Translations under genes and position numbers: made by a program
Notes under the pieces: generated by a model
Database searches by the model: none
What the model saw: only the letters and a program-made list of their open reading frames with translations
What the model was told of the DNA's origin: nothing
Assembly (NCBI GenBank): GCA_964517765.1
Contig: CAZFEN010000001.1
Span: 34,345 to 98,344, forward strand
Origin: an uncultured Actinomycetota bacterium
Lineage (GTDB): Bacteria; Actinomycetota; Humimicrobiia; Humimicrobiales; Humimicrobiaceae
DNA: 64,000 nucleotides
Direction of reading: 5' to 3'
In this document: one piece after another, positions 9,606 through 18,841 of the stretch
Position numbering within the stretch: the first letter of the stretch is position 1
Layout of the letters: each line of letters starts with the position of its first letter

Positions 9606-11363
9606 ATTATAAGATTATATCTGGCACAGATTAATCCAACCGTCGGAGATCTCAAAGGAAATTATGACATCATTGCTTCCCATATCGAAGCAGCAAAAAA
9701 AAACGAGACCGACATAGTGGTATTCCCTGAGCTTTCCATTACCGGATATCCCCCTGAAGATCTTCTTCTCAGGAAATCTTTTGTTGACGAAAATATCGTT
9801 TATCTGGATAAGCTTAAAAAAAGTACTGCAAACATTTTTGCCATTATTGGTTTTGTTGGAAGAGAACGCAGTCAAATATACAATTCGGCTGCAGTACTTT
9901 ATGACAGGCAGGTAAAAGCGGTATATAACAAACAATTCCTGCCAAATTACTCGGTTTTTGATGAGGAAAGATATTTCAAAAAAGGCAGTGTAAATTATAT
10001 TTTCAAAGTAGCAGAAACATTTATCGGAATCAATATATGTGAGGATATATACCATCCATCAGGTCCATTAGAAATTCAGTCCGTATTAGGTGGAGCGGAA
10101 CTTATAATAAACATATCCGCTTCTCCTTACCATATTGAAAAAATCAGCGAAAGAAAAAAGTTTCTGACTCATGCTGCCGCTAATAACTGTGTGAATATTG
10201 CTTATTTAAATTTGGTCGGAGGCCAGGATGAACTGGTATTCGACGGGAATAGTGTGATCATCAACGAAAAAGGTGATATTCTGGACCATGCAAAACCATT
10301 CAAAGAAGATGTGCTTATATATGATCTTGATACAGGAGGAGCAGCTGCTGCCAGATTAAAAGATTCCGGATTTGAAAATCAAAAAACAGAAATGCAGAAA
10401 TATCATGAACCATTACCTCTGATAGATTTAAAATATTATAAAAAAAGAAAAAAAATAAATAAGGAATATAAAATTGTCTCCGGATATAACCGTTACATTG
10501 TCTGTATCGAAGCAGAAATACTTCAGGCATTGATTCTCGGAACCAGAGACTATGTTAACAAAAATAAGTTCGATAAAGTGGCCATTGCATTGAGCGGAGG
10601 CATTGATTCCGCTTTAACTGCAGTGATCGCTGCTTTTGCCCTCGGAAAGAATAGAGTTAATGGAATCATAATGCCCTCGCCCTATTCATCAAAGGGGAGT
10701 ATTGAGGATTCAATAGAACTATCCCACAATCTCGGTATCAATTTTTTAACCATCCCTATTTCGGATATTTATAACACCTATCTCGAAAATTTAAAGGTCA
10801 TATTAAAGCACTCCGGGATAAACATCACAAAAGAAAACTTACAGGCGCGTATCAGAGGGAATATCTTAATGGCAGCTGCCAATGAAAACGACTGGCTGGT
10901 GTTATCTACAGGGAATAAAAGTGAGATAAGCGTGGGATATTGCACTCTTTATGGAGATATGGTAGGAGGATTTTCGCCAATAAAAGACGTTTATAAAACA
11001 ATGGTTTATAAAATTTGCAGGTATATCAACAAAAACTATTCAGAGATAATACCGAAAAAAATAATCAATAAAATCCCTTCCGCAGAACTTAAACCGGATC
11101 AGAAAGATGAAGATAGGTTACCTCCATACAGGATCCTGGATCCGATACTCAAAGCATATATAGAAGACGATCTTGATTATCGTTCCATTTCAGAAAAAGG
11201 ATTCGGTAAAAAAACCGTAAGAGAAGTCATTGAGATGGTGGACCATAGTGAATATAAAAGGAGACAGGGTTCTCCCGGTATCAAAATAACCCCCAGAGCA
11301 TTCGGCAAGGATCGAAGATATCCAATCACCAATAATTTTAAGTTGTATAAGACCGCTGATTAA
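9606..11363 (+). CDS. nadE: glutamine-dependent NAD+ synthetase (nitrilase domain + NAD synthetase domain); start codon uncertain and non-canonical
   Basis: Conserved N-terminus (I)RLYLAQINPTVGDLKGN is encoded upstream of the first ATG/GTG (9717). GGAGG RBS at 9590-9594. C-terminal PP-loop SGGIDS. Confidence 0.8.
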   Translation: MIRLYLAQINPTVGDLKGNYDIIASHIEAAKKNETDIVVFPELSITGYPPEDLLLRKSFVDENIVYLDKLKKSTANIFAIIGFVGRERSQIYNSAAVLYDRQVKAVYNKQFLPNYSVFDEERYFKKGSVNYIFKVAETFIGINICEDIYHPSGPLEIQSVLGGAELIINISASPYHIEKISERKKFLTHAAANNCVNIAYLNLVGGQDELVFDGNSVIINEKGDILDHAKPFKEDVLIYDLDTGGAAAARLKDSGFENQKTEMQKYHEPLPLIDLKYYKKRKKINKEYKIVSGYNRYIVCIEAEILQALILGTRDYVNKNKFDKVAIALSGGIDSALTAVIAAFALGKNRVNGIIMPSPYSSKGSIEDSIELSHNLGINFLTIPISDIYNTYLENLKVILKHSGINITKENLQARIRGNILMAAANENDWLVLSTGNKSEISVGYCTLYGDMVGGFSPIKDVYKTMVYKICRYINKNYSEIIPKKIINKIPSAELKPDQKDEDRLPPYRILDPILKAYIEDDLDYRSISEKGFGKKTVREVIEMVDHSEYKRRQGSPGIKITPRAFGKDRRYPITNNFKLYKTAD

Positions 11364-11402
11364 TAAGAGTTTTTATTTTTTATGAAGAGTTTAGCGAGTC
11401 GG

Positions 11403-12860
11403 TTATTCCTGAGAATTATTTTCCAATATTTCCAGAAATATTCTTACTATATTAGGATCGAATTGTGTCCCGCAGCATCTTTTTATCTCTTTTACTACTT
11501 CTTTTCTTGTCAGCTTATTCCTGTATGGCCTGTCTGTGGTCATGGCTTCATAGGAATTGACCAGAAATGATATTCTTGAAAGTATGGGAATCTCTTCACC
11601 CTTTACTCCTCTTGGATATCCCTCGCCATTATACCATTCATAGTGGGAGAGTATTGCTTCTGCTATGGGCTTGAGTACCATTGATGATTCTGCTATACGG
11701 TATCCGATCTCGGGAAGTTTTTGTACTATCTTCCATTCCTCGTTTGAAAGTCTTCCCGGTTTTGACATTATTTCATCTGCCAGCGCCAGTTTTCCTATAT
11801 TGTGAAGATCCATAAGTAGTTTTAGTTCATCAAGTTTTATACTCGAAAGCTTGAGTTTTTTCCCTATCGTAAGAGCATACTGCTGCATCCTGCCGGTGTG
11901 TTTCTCACGGCGGTATTCTCCTCTTTTTAGATTCTCTCTGAGTGAAGATATAATGATTTCATTTGTGGATTTGCTCTCGGTGATTTTACACTTATACATC
12001 TTATCTTCGGCTTCTTTCAGTACAGAATTCATATCTTTATTTGATGATTTCTTTGACGAGACCCCCAATGAAATACTTAAGGGCATATCAGCTGTACTTC
12101 TTTCAATGCACATCTTCTTTATTCTATTTATTATATCTTTAGTATCTTTTTCGTAAGTACTGGGAAGTATTGCTATAAACTCATCTCCCCCCCATCTTGA
12201 GATGATATCTTCTTTTCTAAAGGTATCTCTTAGTATATCGGCTATCTTTTTTATAAACAGGTCCCCCTTTTCATGGCCATATGCGTCATTTATTATTTTA
12301 AGCCCATTTATATCACCCATCACTATGGTTATGGGAAGCTGCCTTGCGGTGTCGAGCCTTCTTAGTTCTTCATCAAAATATGCCCTGTTATAGAGTCCGG
12401 TAAGTGAGTCATGGAAGGAGAGGTATTTTATTTTTTCTTCTGCCTTTTTTCTGTCCGATATATCCCGCGAAACACCAAATGTACCTATAATATTACCTTT
12501 TTTATCGTAAAAAGGCATTTTCGTTGATGATATCCATCTGCTTTTCTTTCCCGACCATGTTTCTTTTTCTTGCATATCTACGATAGGTTTTCCTGTTTTT
12601 ATTATTAGCTGCTCATCTTTATAAGCCTGTTTTGCATGTTCTTCAGAAAAAAAGTCAAAATCTGTTTTTCCCACTGCTTCATCCGTGCTCACTCCAAAAG
12701 CTTTATCTGCACAGGCCTTATTAACTCTTATAATCCTGCTTTTAAGATCCTTGAAATATATACTATCCGGAAGGTAGTCCATAAGAGCATCCATCATAAG
12801 GGTGTTCATGATTTCTGATTGGATGGTATCAGATTTTGATTTTTTTTGTTTTTTTACCAT
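11403..12860 (-). CDS. PAS-GGDEF-HD-GYP protein with degenerate HD-GYP motifs
   Basis: 485 aa; GGDEF intact (RWGGDEFIAIL). HD-GYP has HN instead of HD (LHNIGK), SHYEWYNGEGYP instead of HHExxDGxGYP. Confidence 0.75.
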   Translation of the reverse strand: MVKKQKKSKSDTIQSEIMNTLMMDALMDYLPDSIYFKDLKSRIIRVNKACADKAFGVSTDEAVGKTDFDFFSEEHAKQAYKDEQLIIKTGKPIVDMQEKETWSGKKSRWISSTKMPFYDKKGNIIGTFGVSRDISDRKKAEEKIKYLSFHDSLTGLYNRAYFDEELRRLDTARQLPITIVMGDINGLKIINDAYGHEKGDLFIKKIADILRDTFRKEDIISRWGGDEFIAILPSTYEKDTKDIINRIKKMCIERSTADMPLSISLGVSSKKSSNKDMNSVLKEAEDKMYKCKITESKSTNEIIISSLRENLKRGEYRREKHTGRMQQYALTIGKKLKLSSIKLDELKLLMDLHNIGKLALADEIMSKPGRLSNEEWKIVQKLPEIGYRIAESSMVLKPIAEAILSHYEWYNGEGYPRGVKGEEIPILSRISFLVNSYEAMTTDRPYRNKLTRKEVVKEIKRCCGTQFDPNIVRIFLEILENNSQE

Positions 12861-13143
12861 TTTAATACTTTGCCTTGATATTTTTATTAAGAATTCTTTT
12901 CTAAATTTAAAGATTTATTATGATAATTTTACCTTTAAATCAAATTTTATCAACAATCTCTTAATTCCGCAGCTTTTTCCTCCGGCAAAGTATCGTTTAA
13001 AAATTTACAGATAAATTATATTTTATGTTTAACACCACTAAACTTCCTTTCATTATTTTCTTTTTTAATACTGTTTATAGTTATTTTTATAATGGTAAAA
13101 TTAATTTATAATATATTGGATATTAAAAGACATTAAACTTCTT

Positions 13144-13851
13144 TTGAATATAAACTTATATAAAACCGGGTTGTATATGATTAAGGCACTTTTATATACT
13201 AAAAATAAAATAAATGAAAATAAAATAAATGAAATCTTGGAAGGTAAGGATTTCGCTTTTCAGGTAGAAAAATCATTTAACGATCTACTTCCCCGGCCCA
13301 AAGATACCGGTATAGTCATTTTTGATATTACTGTTAAAGATAAAGGTGATGATGTCCCTATTAAAAATATTATTAAAATAGCTAATAAACACAATATTGC
13401 CAGATTAGTAATACTTAAACCGGATCAAATAAGCTTTCTGTCAGAAGATGAGGCCAGTTTCGATGATTTTATTTTTGATAACCGGCTCGAGGAAGAGTTT
13501 CTTCTAAGAATAAAGATTATCCTTCAAAAAAAAGATCTTTTGCCTTCCAAAAATGCTATTGTAGCAGGCGGGCTGATATTAGATATGGATAAGTTTGAAA
13601 TAACAGTTGACCGGAGACCCGTAGAGGCAACCTTTAAGGAATTCGAACTTTTAAAAATCCTCCTGCAGAATCAGAATAAAGTATTCACCCGAAATAAGCT
13701 CTTATCTGCAGTCTGGGAGTATGATTTCTATGGCGGCAGCAGAACCGTAGATGTGCATATGCGAAGACTGCGCTCCAAAATCCCTCCACCATATAATCTG
13801 ATGTTAAAAACTGTCAGGAATGTCGGCTATATGTTCTCTCCTCAAATTTAG
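13144..13851 (+). CDS. OmpR/PhoB-family winged-helix transcriptional regulator with atypical (orphan-like) receiver domain
   Basis: C-terminal trans_reg_C (FELLKILLQNQNKVFTRNKLLSAVWEYDFYGGSRTVDVHMRRLRSKI). N-terminal receiver-like region lacks the acidic DD pair. Confidence 0.65.
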   Translation: MNINLYKTGLYMIKALLYTKNKINENKINEILEGKDFAFQVEKSFNDLLPRPKDTGIVIFDITVKDKGDDVPIKNIIKIANKHNIARLVILKPDQISFLSEDEASFDDFIFDNRLEEEFLLRIKIILQKKDLLPSKNAIVAGGLILDMDKFEITVDRRPVEATFKEFELLKILLQNQNKVFTRNKLLSAVWEYDFYGGSRTVDVHMRRLRSKIPPPYNLMLKTVRNVGYMFSPQI

Positions 13852-13893
13852 TTCTTAATAGTTCCAAACTCACAGTATTTAAGCTTTTAATAA

Positions 13894-13920
13894 TTAACAT
13901 ACTTTTAACAGAAACTTAAC
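13894..13920 (+). promoter_or_regulatory. three TTAAC direct repeats at 11-bp spacing upstream of amt; putative OmpR-family binding sites
   Basis: TTAACatacttTTAACagaaacTTAAC read from sequence, about 60 bp upstream of the amt start. Confidence 0.35.
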
Positions 13921-13981
13921 CTCCCCGTAAAGTTATAGCTGTAGAATACTCTGCATTATAAAAAATTAAAGGAGGTTAAAA

Positions 13982-15244
13982 ATGGATAATCCGGCAATTA
14001 ATCTGGATACGGTGTGGGTATTGTTCACTGCATTTCTGGTATTTTTCATGCAGGCCGGGTTTGCTATGGTAGAAACCGGGTTCACCAGGGCCAAAAATTC
14101 TGTAAATATTCTTATGAAAAATCTGATTGATTTTTGTGTGGGAAGTGTTCTATTTTTTCTTATTGGTTTCGGATTAATGTTTGGTAAAGATGCTGGAGGT
14201 TTTATCGGAACCAGCAACTTTGTTGTCTCAATAATCGGACAGTCAGATACTTCGAATTTTGCCTTCTGGATATTCCAGACCGTATTTGCAGCTACAGCAG
14301 CTACTATAGTTTCGGGAGCTGTTTCCGAAAGGATCAAATTTAAAAACTATTTGATTTACTCCGTATTTATATCAGGTCTGATATATCCTATAGTAGGTCA
14401 CTGGATCTGGGGCGGCGGATGGCTGGCAGATATGGGCATGATTGACTTTGCCGGTTCTACCGTAGTTCATTCGGTAGGTGGATGGGCTGGTCTCGCCGGG
14501 GCTATCATGCTTGGTCCAAGACTCGGTAAATATAACAGGGATGGGTCTTCAAATGCTATAACCGGTCACAATATTCCACTTGCCGCGCTTGGAGTATTTA
14601 TTTTATGGTTCGGGTGGTATGGATTTAATCCGGGAAGCACTCTTTCTGCAAGTAGCCCCGCCATATCCACTATAGCGGTTACAACCACACTTGCTGCTTC
14701 GACAGGAGCGCTGGCTGCAATGTTCTTTACCTGGATAAGATACAAGAAACCGGATGCTTCTATGACCCTTAACGGGGCACTGGCCGGATTGGTTGGTATT
14801 ACTGCAGGATGTGCAGTCGTATCGCCATACAGCGCAATGATTATCGGCAGTTTGTGCGGAATAATTGTATGTATATCCGTAGAACTATTTGACAAGAAGT
14901 TTAAAATCGATGATCCCGTAGGAGCAGTATCTGTTCATGGTGTTTGCGGTCTCTTTGGTACTTTGTTTGTAGGTCTTTTCGCACAGTCAAAATACGCGAG
15001 TCTTGCAGGATTTGAAGGTGTAAATGGATTGTTTTTTGGCGGCGGAGGAAAACTACTGCTTGCCCAGTTTACAGGTTCAATCAGCGTATTTGTATGGACT
15101 TTCGGAACAATGCTACTGTTATTCTTTTTGATCAAGAAAACAATAGGACTAAGGGTGTCCAGGGAAACAGAGCTCAAAGGTCTTGATATTGATGAACATG
15201 GTATGGAAGCATACAGCGGGTTTCAGATATTCCTGAATGATTAG
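13982..15244 (+). CDS. amt: ammonium transporter (Amt family)
   Basis: 420 aa; 11-TM Amt-family signature regions (DFAGSTVVHSVGG); strong RBS AAAGGAGG upstream. Confidence 0.9.
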   Translation: MDNPAINLDTVWVLFTAFLVFFMQAGFAMVETGFTRAKNSVNILMKNLIDFCVGSVLFFLIGFGLMFGKDAGGFIGTSNFVVSIIGQSDTSNFAFWIFQTVFAATAATIVSGAVSERIKFKNYLIYSVFISGLIYPIVGHWIWGGGWLADMGMIDFAGSTVVHSVGGWAGLAGAIMLGPRLGKYNRDGSSNAITGHNIPLAALGVFILWFGWYGFNPGSTLSASSPAISTIAVTTTLAASTGALAAMFFTWIRYKKPDASMTLNGALAGLVGITAGCAVVSPYSAMIIGSLCGIIVCISVELFDKKFKIDDPVGAVSVHGVCGLFGTLFVGLFAQSKYASLAGFEGVNGLFFGGGGKLLLAQFTGSISVFVWTFGTMLLLFFLIKKTIGLRVSRETELKGLDIDEHGMEAYSGFQIFLND

Positions 15245-15280
15245 AATTATTATAAATTTTATATGAAGAGGTGATAAAAA

Positions 15281-15622
15281 ATGAAATTGATTATTGCAAT
15301 GATACAACCGCATAAATTGCCTGATGTGAAAAAAGAATTATTTGATGCAGAAGTTTATAAAATGACCATAACCAATGTTCTCGGTTGCGGCCAGCAAAAG
15401 GGATATGAGGAAACATACAGGGGAGTTATACACGAAGTTAATCTTCTAAAAAAAATAAGATTGGAAATTGCAGTAAACGAAGATTTTGTAAAACCCACCG
15501 TTGAAGCAATTAAAAACGGTGCTTATACCGGAAATATTGGTGACGGTAAAATATTTATTCTCGATCTGCCAGGGTGCATCAGAATTCGAACCGGAGAGGA
15601 GGGAGAAAAAGCAATAGGTTAA
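15281..15622 (+). CDS. glnK: nitrogen regulatory protein P-II (GlnK/GlnB); T-loop has His at position 51
   Basis: 113 aa; aligns with E. coli GlnB throughout (B-loop GDGKIF, C-terminal IRIRTGEEG). Confidence 0.9.
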   Translation: MKLIIAMIQPHKLPDVKKELFDAEVYKMTITNVLGCGQQKGYEETYRGVIHEVNLLKKIRLEIAVNEDFVKPTVEAIKNGAYTGNIGDGKIFILDLPGCIRIRTGEEGEKAIG

Positions 15623-15661
15623 TGATAGGTTATTAAATTAATAAGGCAGCAATTATAAAAT

Positions 15662-15677
15662 TTAACATAGATTTAAC
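15662..15677 (+). promoter_or_regulatory. TTAAC-n6-TTAAC direct repeat upstream of glnA (same motif and spacing as upstream of amt)
   Basis: TTAACatagatTTAAC read from sequence, about 100 bp upstream of glnA. Confidence 0.3.
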
Positions 15678-15778
15678 ATAACCTGCATAAATTTTATAAA
15701 AATTAAGATATAATATTAAAAAAGTTCCATATTATTATAAACAATTAGATTTTCAGTCAAAATAAAAGGAAGTGAAAC

Positions 15779-17116
15779 ATGAAAACCAATAACAAGATGA
15801 AAGAATTTGTATTAAAAAAAGTTCATGACAATAATGTAAAATTCATAAGATTATGGTTTACGGATGTTCAGGGCATTCTAAAGAGTTTTTCCATAACGAA
15901 GGAGGAATTGGAAGGAGCACTTGAAGAGGGAATGGGATTCGATGGTTCGTCTATCGAAGGATTTTCCCGAATAGAAGAAAGCGATGTCATTGCTTTACCG
16001 GATCCGAACACTTTTCAGATGTTACCCTGGAGTCCTAATGAAAATGGGGTCGCAAGAATGTTTTGTGATGTTTTAAATCCTGACGGTTCCCATTTTAAAG
16101 GTGACCCGAGATGGGTACTGAAAAAAGAACTTAAGAAAATAAGCGAATCCGGGTATACATATTATGTCGGACCGGAACTCGAATATTTTTACTTCAAATC
16201 CGACAAAGGCAAGCCTGAAACACTGGACAGAGGGGGATATTTTGATTTAACTACCCTTGATGCAGCAAGCCCGCTCCGAAGGGATACCATTCTTTATCTT
16301 GAGTCTATGGGTATAGGTGTCGAATATTCACACCATGAGGTGGCCCCTTCGCAGCATGAGATAGACTTGAGATATACTGATGCCCTGACCATGGCAGATA
16401 ATGCAATGACCTACAGATTGGTAGTCAAGGAAGTTGCAACAAGAAACGGAGTTTATGCAACATTTATGCCCAAACCTATTTTTGGGGTCAACGGCAGCGG
16501 CATGCATACACATCAATCATTATTTAAGGGTGACAAAAATGCCTTTCATGATCCTAAAGATAAATACAATCTGTCAACTACAGGTAAACAATTTATTGCA
16601 GGATTGCTTCGCCACAGCAAGGAAATAGTAGCAATAACAAACCAGTGGGTGAATTCCTATAAAAGACTTGTGCCCGGTTATGAAGCTCCTGTTTATATTT
16701 CGTGGGCCAGAAGAAACAGATCCACTCTTGTTAGGGTTCCAATGTATAAGCCCGGAAAAGAAAAATCAACAAGAATTGAGTTTAGATGTCCCGATCCGGC
16801 ATGCAATCCATATCTTGCATTCAGCTTGATGCTCGCTGCCGGAATGGAAGGTATAAAAAATAAATATCCTTTACCCGATCCGATAGAAGAAAACATTTTT
16901 GAAATGGATGTAGAAAGAAGAGAAAAAGCAGGAATCGAAACTCTTCCCGACAACCTCTTTGAAGCTTTAAAGTATTTCGAAAAAAGCAAGCTTGCAAGAG
17001 AAACTCTTGGGGATCATATCTTCTTTAAATTTATCGAAAATAAAAAAATCGAATGGGACAGATACAGGATACAGGTGACGGATTACGAACTGGATAACTA
17101 CCTGCCTATTTTATAA
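15779..17116 (+). CDS. glnA: glutamine synthetase type I
   Basis: 445 aa; beta-grasp N-domain and catalytic domain motifs. Confidence 0.9.
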   Translation: MKTNNKMKEFVLKKVHDNNVKFIRLWFTDVQGILKSFSITKEELEGALEEGMGFDGSSIEGFSRIEESDVIALPDPNTFQMLPWSPNENGVARMFCDVLNPDGSHFKGDPRWVLKKELKKISESGYTYYVGPELEYFYFKSDKGKPETLDRGGYFDLTTLDAASPLRRDTILYLESMGIGVEYSHHEVAPSQHEIDLRYTDALTMADNAMTYRLVVKEVATRNGVYATFMPKPIFGVNGSGMHTHQSLFKGDKNAFHDPKDKYNLSTTGKQFIAGLLRHSKEIVAITNQWVNSYKRLVPGYEAPVYISWARRNRSTLVRVPMYKPGKEKSTRIEFRCPDPACNPYLAFSLMLAAGMEGIKNKYPLPDPIEENIFEMDVERREKAGIETLPDNLFEALKYFEKSKLARETLGDHIFFKFIENKKIEWDRYRIQVTDYELDNYLPIL

Positions 17117-17157
17117 AATTTGCTGATCTGTTAAATCTATAACCAAATAGAGCAATT

Positions 17158-17216
17158 AAATCCGGCTCTGCTTTCCACGTAAGGCCGGATTTATTTTTAC
17201 CCGTTTAATTAACGGG
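17158..17216. terminator. two adjacent hairpins (AAATCCGGC...GCCGGATTT + T-run; CCCGTT-taatt-AACGGG) between convergent glnA and the VIT gene; bidirectional terminator
   Basis: Inverted repeats read from sequence in the 130-bp convergent intergenic region. Confidence 0.45.
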
Positions 17217-17246
17217 GATTTTACGGGATTACATGATTCTCCAAAA

Positions 17247-17888
17247 TCATCCGATCAATTTTAGCAGCAGACTCAAAATAATACAGAATACGCCGGCTAA
17301 AAGCATCTTTATTCCGCTTATTATAAGATTAGTTCGGGAAATTTTACCCAAAAATAGACCCATTCCAAATAATATTAAAAATGCCAGTGCAAAACCACTG
17401 TAATAACAAATATCTATTGGAATATATTTCCCAAAAAGAAACGGGATCAAAGGAATAAACGCAGTTAATACGGGTGATAATCCATTTGCGAAAGCAAGGA
17501 CAATAGCGGCAAACTTCTGTGCTCGCGATATTATGGTTTTATCCAGATTGTGAAGAGTCGATTCTTCCAGATCGTTGATTTCTCTCTTCCTTTCGGCAGT
17601 TTCGCTATAATAGGCACTCCAGATTCCGGAAACGCCGAGAGAAATTATTATTGCGGTACCCGCTATGATAACATGTTTGTATTCCTCGATTCCAATAATA
17701 AAACTCCCCACCAGAATACCGATACTGGTGATCACCCCGTCAAAACCATTAATTGCAAAATATCTTCTTACTATACTCGAGATATTTGCAATTTTATTAT
17801 ATGTTTTTATCAGTTCTATATAAGTCAAAAAACTATTTTTTATCTTTTTAATCCTTGATCTTTGATCTTCTTCTACCGCCAAAATCAT
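17247..17888 (-). CDS. VIT1/CCC1-family (vacuolar iron transporter-like) membrane protein
   Basis: 213 aa; FDGVITSIGILVGS motif and 5-TM layout typical of the VIT family. Confidence 0.5.
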   Translation of the reverse strand: MILAVEEDQRSRIKKIKNSFLTYIELIKTYNKIANISSIVRRYFAINGFDGVITSIGILVGSFIIGIEEYKHVIIAGTAIIISLGVSGIWSAYYSETAERKREINDLEESTLHNLDKTIISRAQKFAAIVLAFANGLSPVLTAFIPLIPFLFGKYIPIDICYYSGFALAFLILFGMGLFLGKISRTNLIISGIKMLLAGVFCIILSLLLKLIG

Positions 17889-17962
17889 TCTTTCTTTTTG
17901 CTAATTAATATTAATATATCTATCACTTTTATGACAAATTTTATCAGATACCTTTTAAGAAA

Positions 17963-18841
17963 TCACAGGACTGATTCTTCTTTTAAAATTTTATCCAGTA
18001 CTAAACCTGCTCCATAGGAAGATCTTATAAATATTCCGCTCTCAACTGCTTTAAAACCAAAACTCATGGCCAATTCTCTTATGCTTTCAAATTCTTCAGG
18101 CTTATAATACTTCTTTACCGGAATATTCGATAGTGAAGGCCTGAGATATTGGCCTATTGTAACTATATCACAGCTTACTCCCTTTAAATCTGCCAGCAAT
18201 TCTCCCACTTCTTCCCTGCTTTCCCCGAGCCCAAGCATAAATCCGGACTTTGTGTAAATATCGGGTTTAAACAGTTTAGAAAATTTTAATATGGCAAGAG
18301 AATTCTCGTAATTTGAGTATTTCCTGGCTAAAGAGAAATTTCTTTTTATTGTCTCTATATTATGAGCCAGTACATCCGGATTTCTCATAAGAACAATCTT
18401 CAAGTTGTCGGTATTTCCTTTAAAATCGGGAATCAGACACTCTATTTTTGAAAAAGGGTTTGATCTCTTTATTTCGCTTATAGTTTTTGCAAAATGATAA
18501 CTTCCGCCATCGGTCAGATCATCTCTGGTCACCGAAGTAATTACGGCATATTTCAATCTCATTTTCTTTACCGCAGATGCTATTCTTGTGGGTTCATATT
18601 CATCAAGGATTTGAGGTTTTCCGGATCTTATCCCGCAAAAACCACAATTACGGGTACAGGTATTCCCCATCAACATGAAAGTCGCGATTTTTTTCCCAAA
18701 ACATTCAAAAATATTTGGGCACCCGGCACTCTGACAGACAGTATTTAAATGCAAATCATAAAGGAGATTTTTGATCTGCTTGATTTTAAAGTTGTTCAGG
18801 TTGACTTTCTTCTTAAGCCAATCCGGCGTGTTACTGGACAA
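17963..18841 (-). CDS. lipA: lipoyl synthase
   Basis: N-terminal auxiliary-cluster cysteines (CQSAGCPNIFEC) plus radical-SAM CTRNCGFC; aligns with E. coli LipA. Confidence 0.9.
   Translation of the reverse strand: MSSNTPDWLKKKVNLNNFKIKQIKNLLYDLHLNTVCQSAGCPNIFECFGKKIATFMLMGNTCTRNCGFCGIRSGKPQILDEYEPTRIASAVKKMRLKYAVITSVTRDDLTDGGSYHFAKTISEIKRSNPFSKIECLIPDFKGNTDNLKIVLMRNPDVLAHNIETIKRNFSLARKYSNYENSLAILKFSKLFKPDIYTKSGFMLGLGESREEVGELLADLKGVSCDIVTIGQYLRPSLSNIPVKKYYKPEEFESIRELAMSFGFKAVESGIFIRSSYGAGLVLDKILKEESVL

Noticed and set aside
12947-12955. Isolated TTATCAACA DnaA-box-like 9-mer upstream of the OmpR-family regulator
   Set aside because: Single occurrence in AT-rich intergenic DNA far from dnaA; likely chance.
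13930-13965. Bacillus-type GlnR/TnrA box (TGTNA-N7-TNACA) upstream of amt at TGTAGAATACTCTGCAT
   Set aside because: Mismatches at the critical fifth position of the left half-site and in the right half-site; the TTAAC direct repeats are a better-supported candidate.
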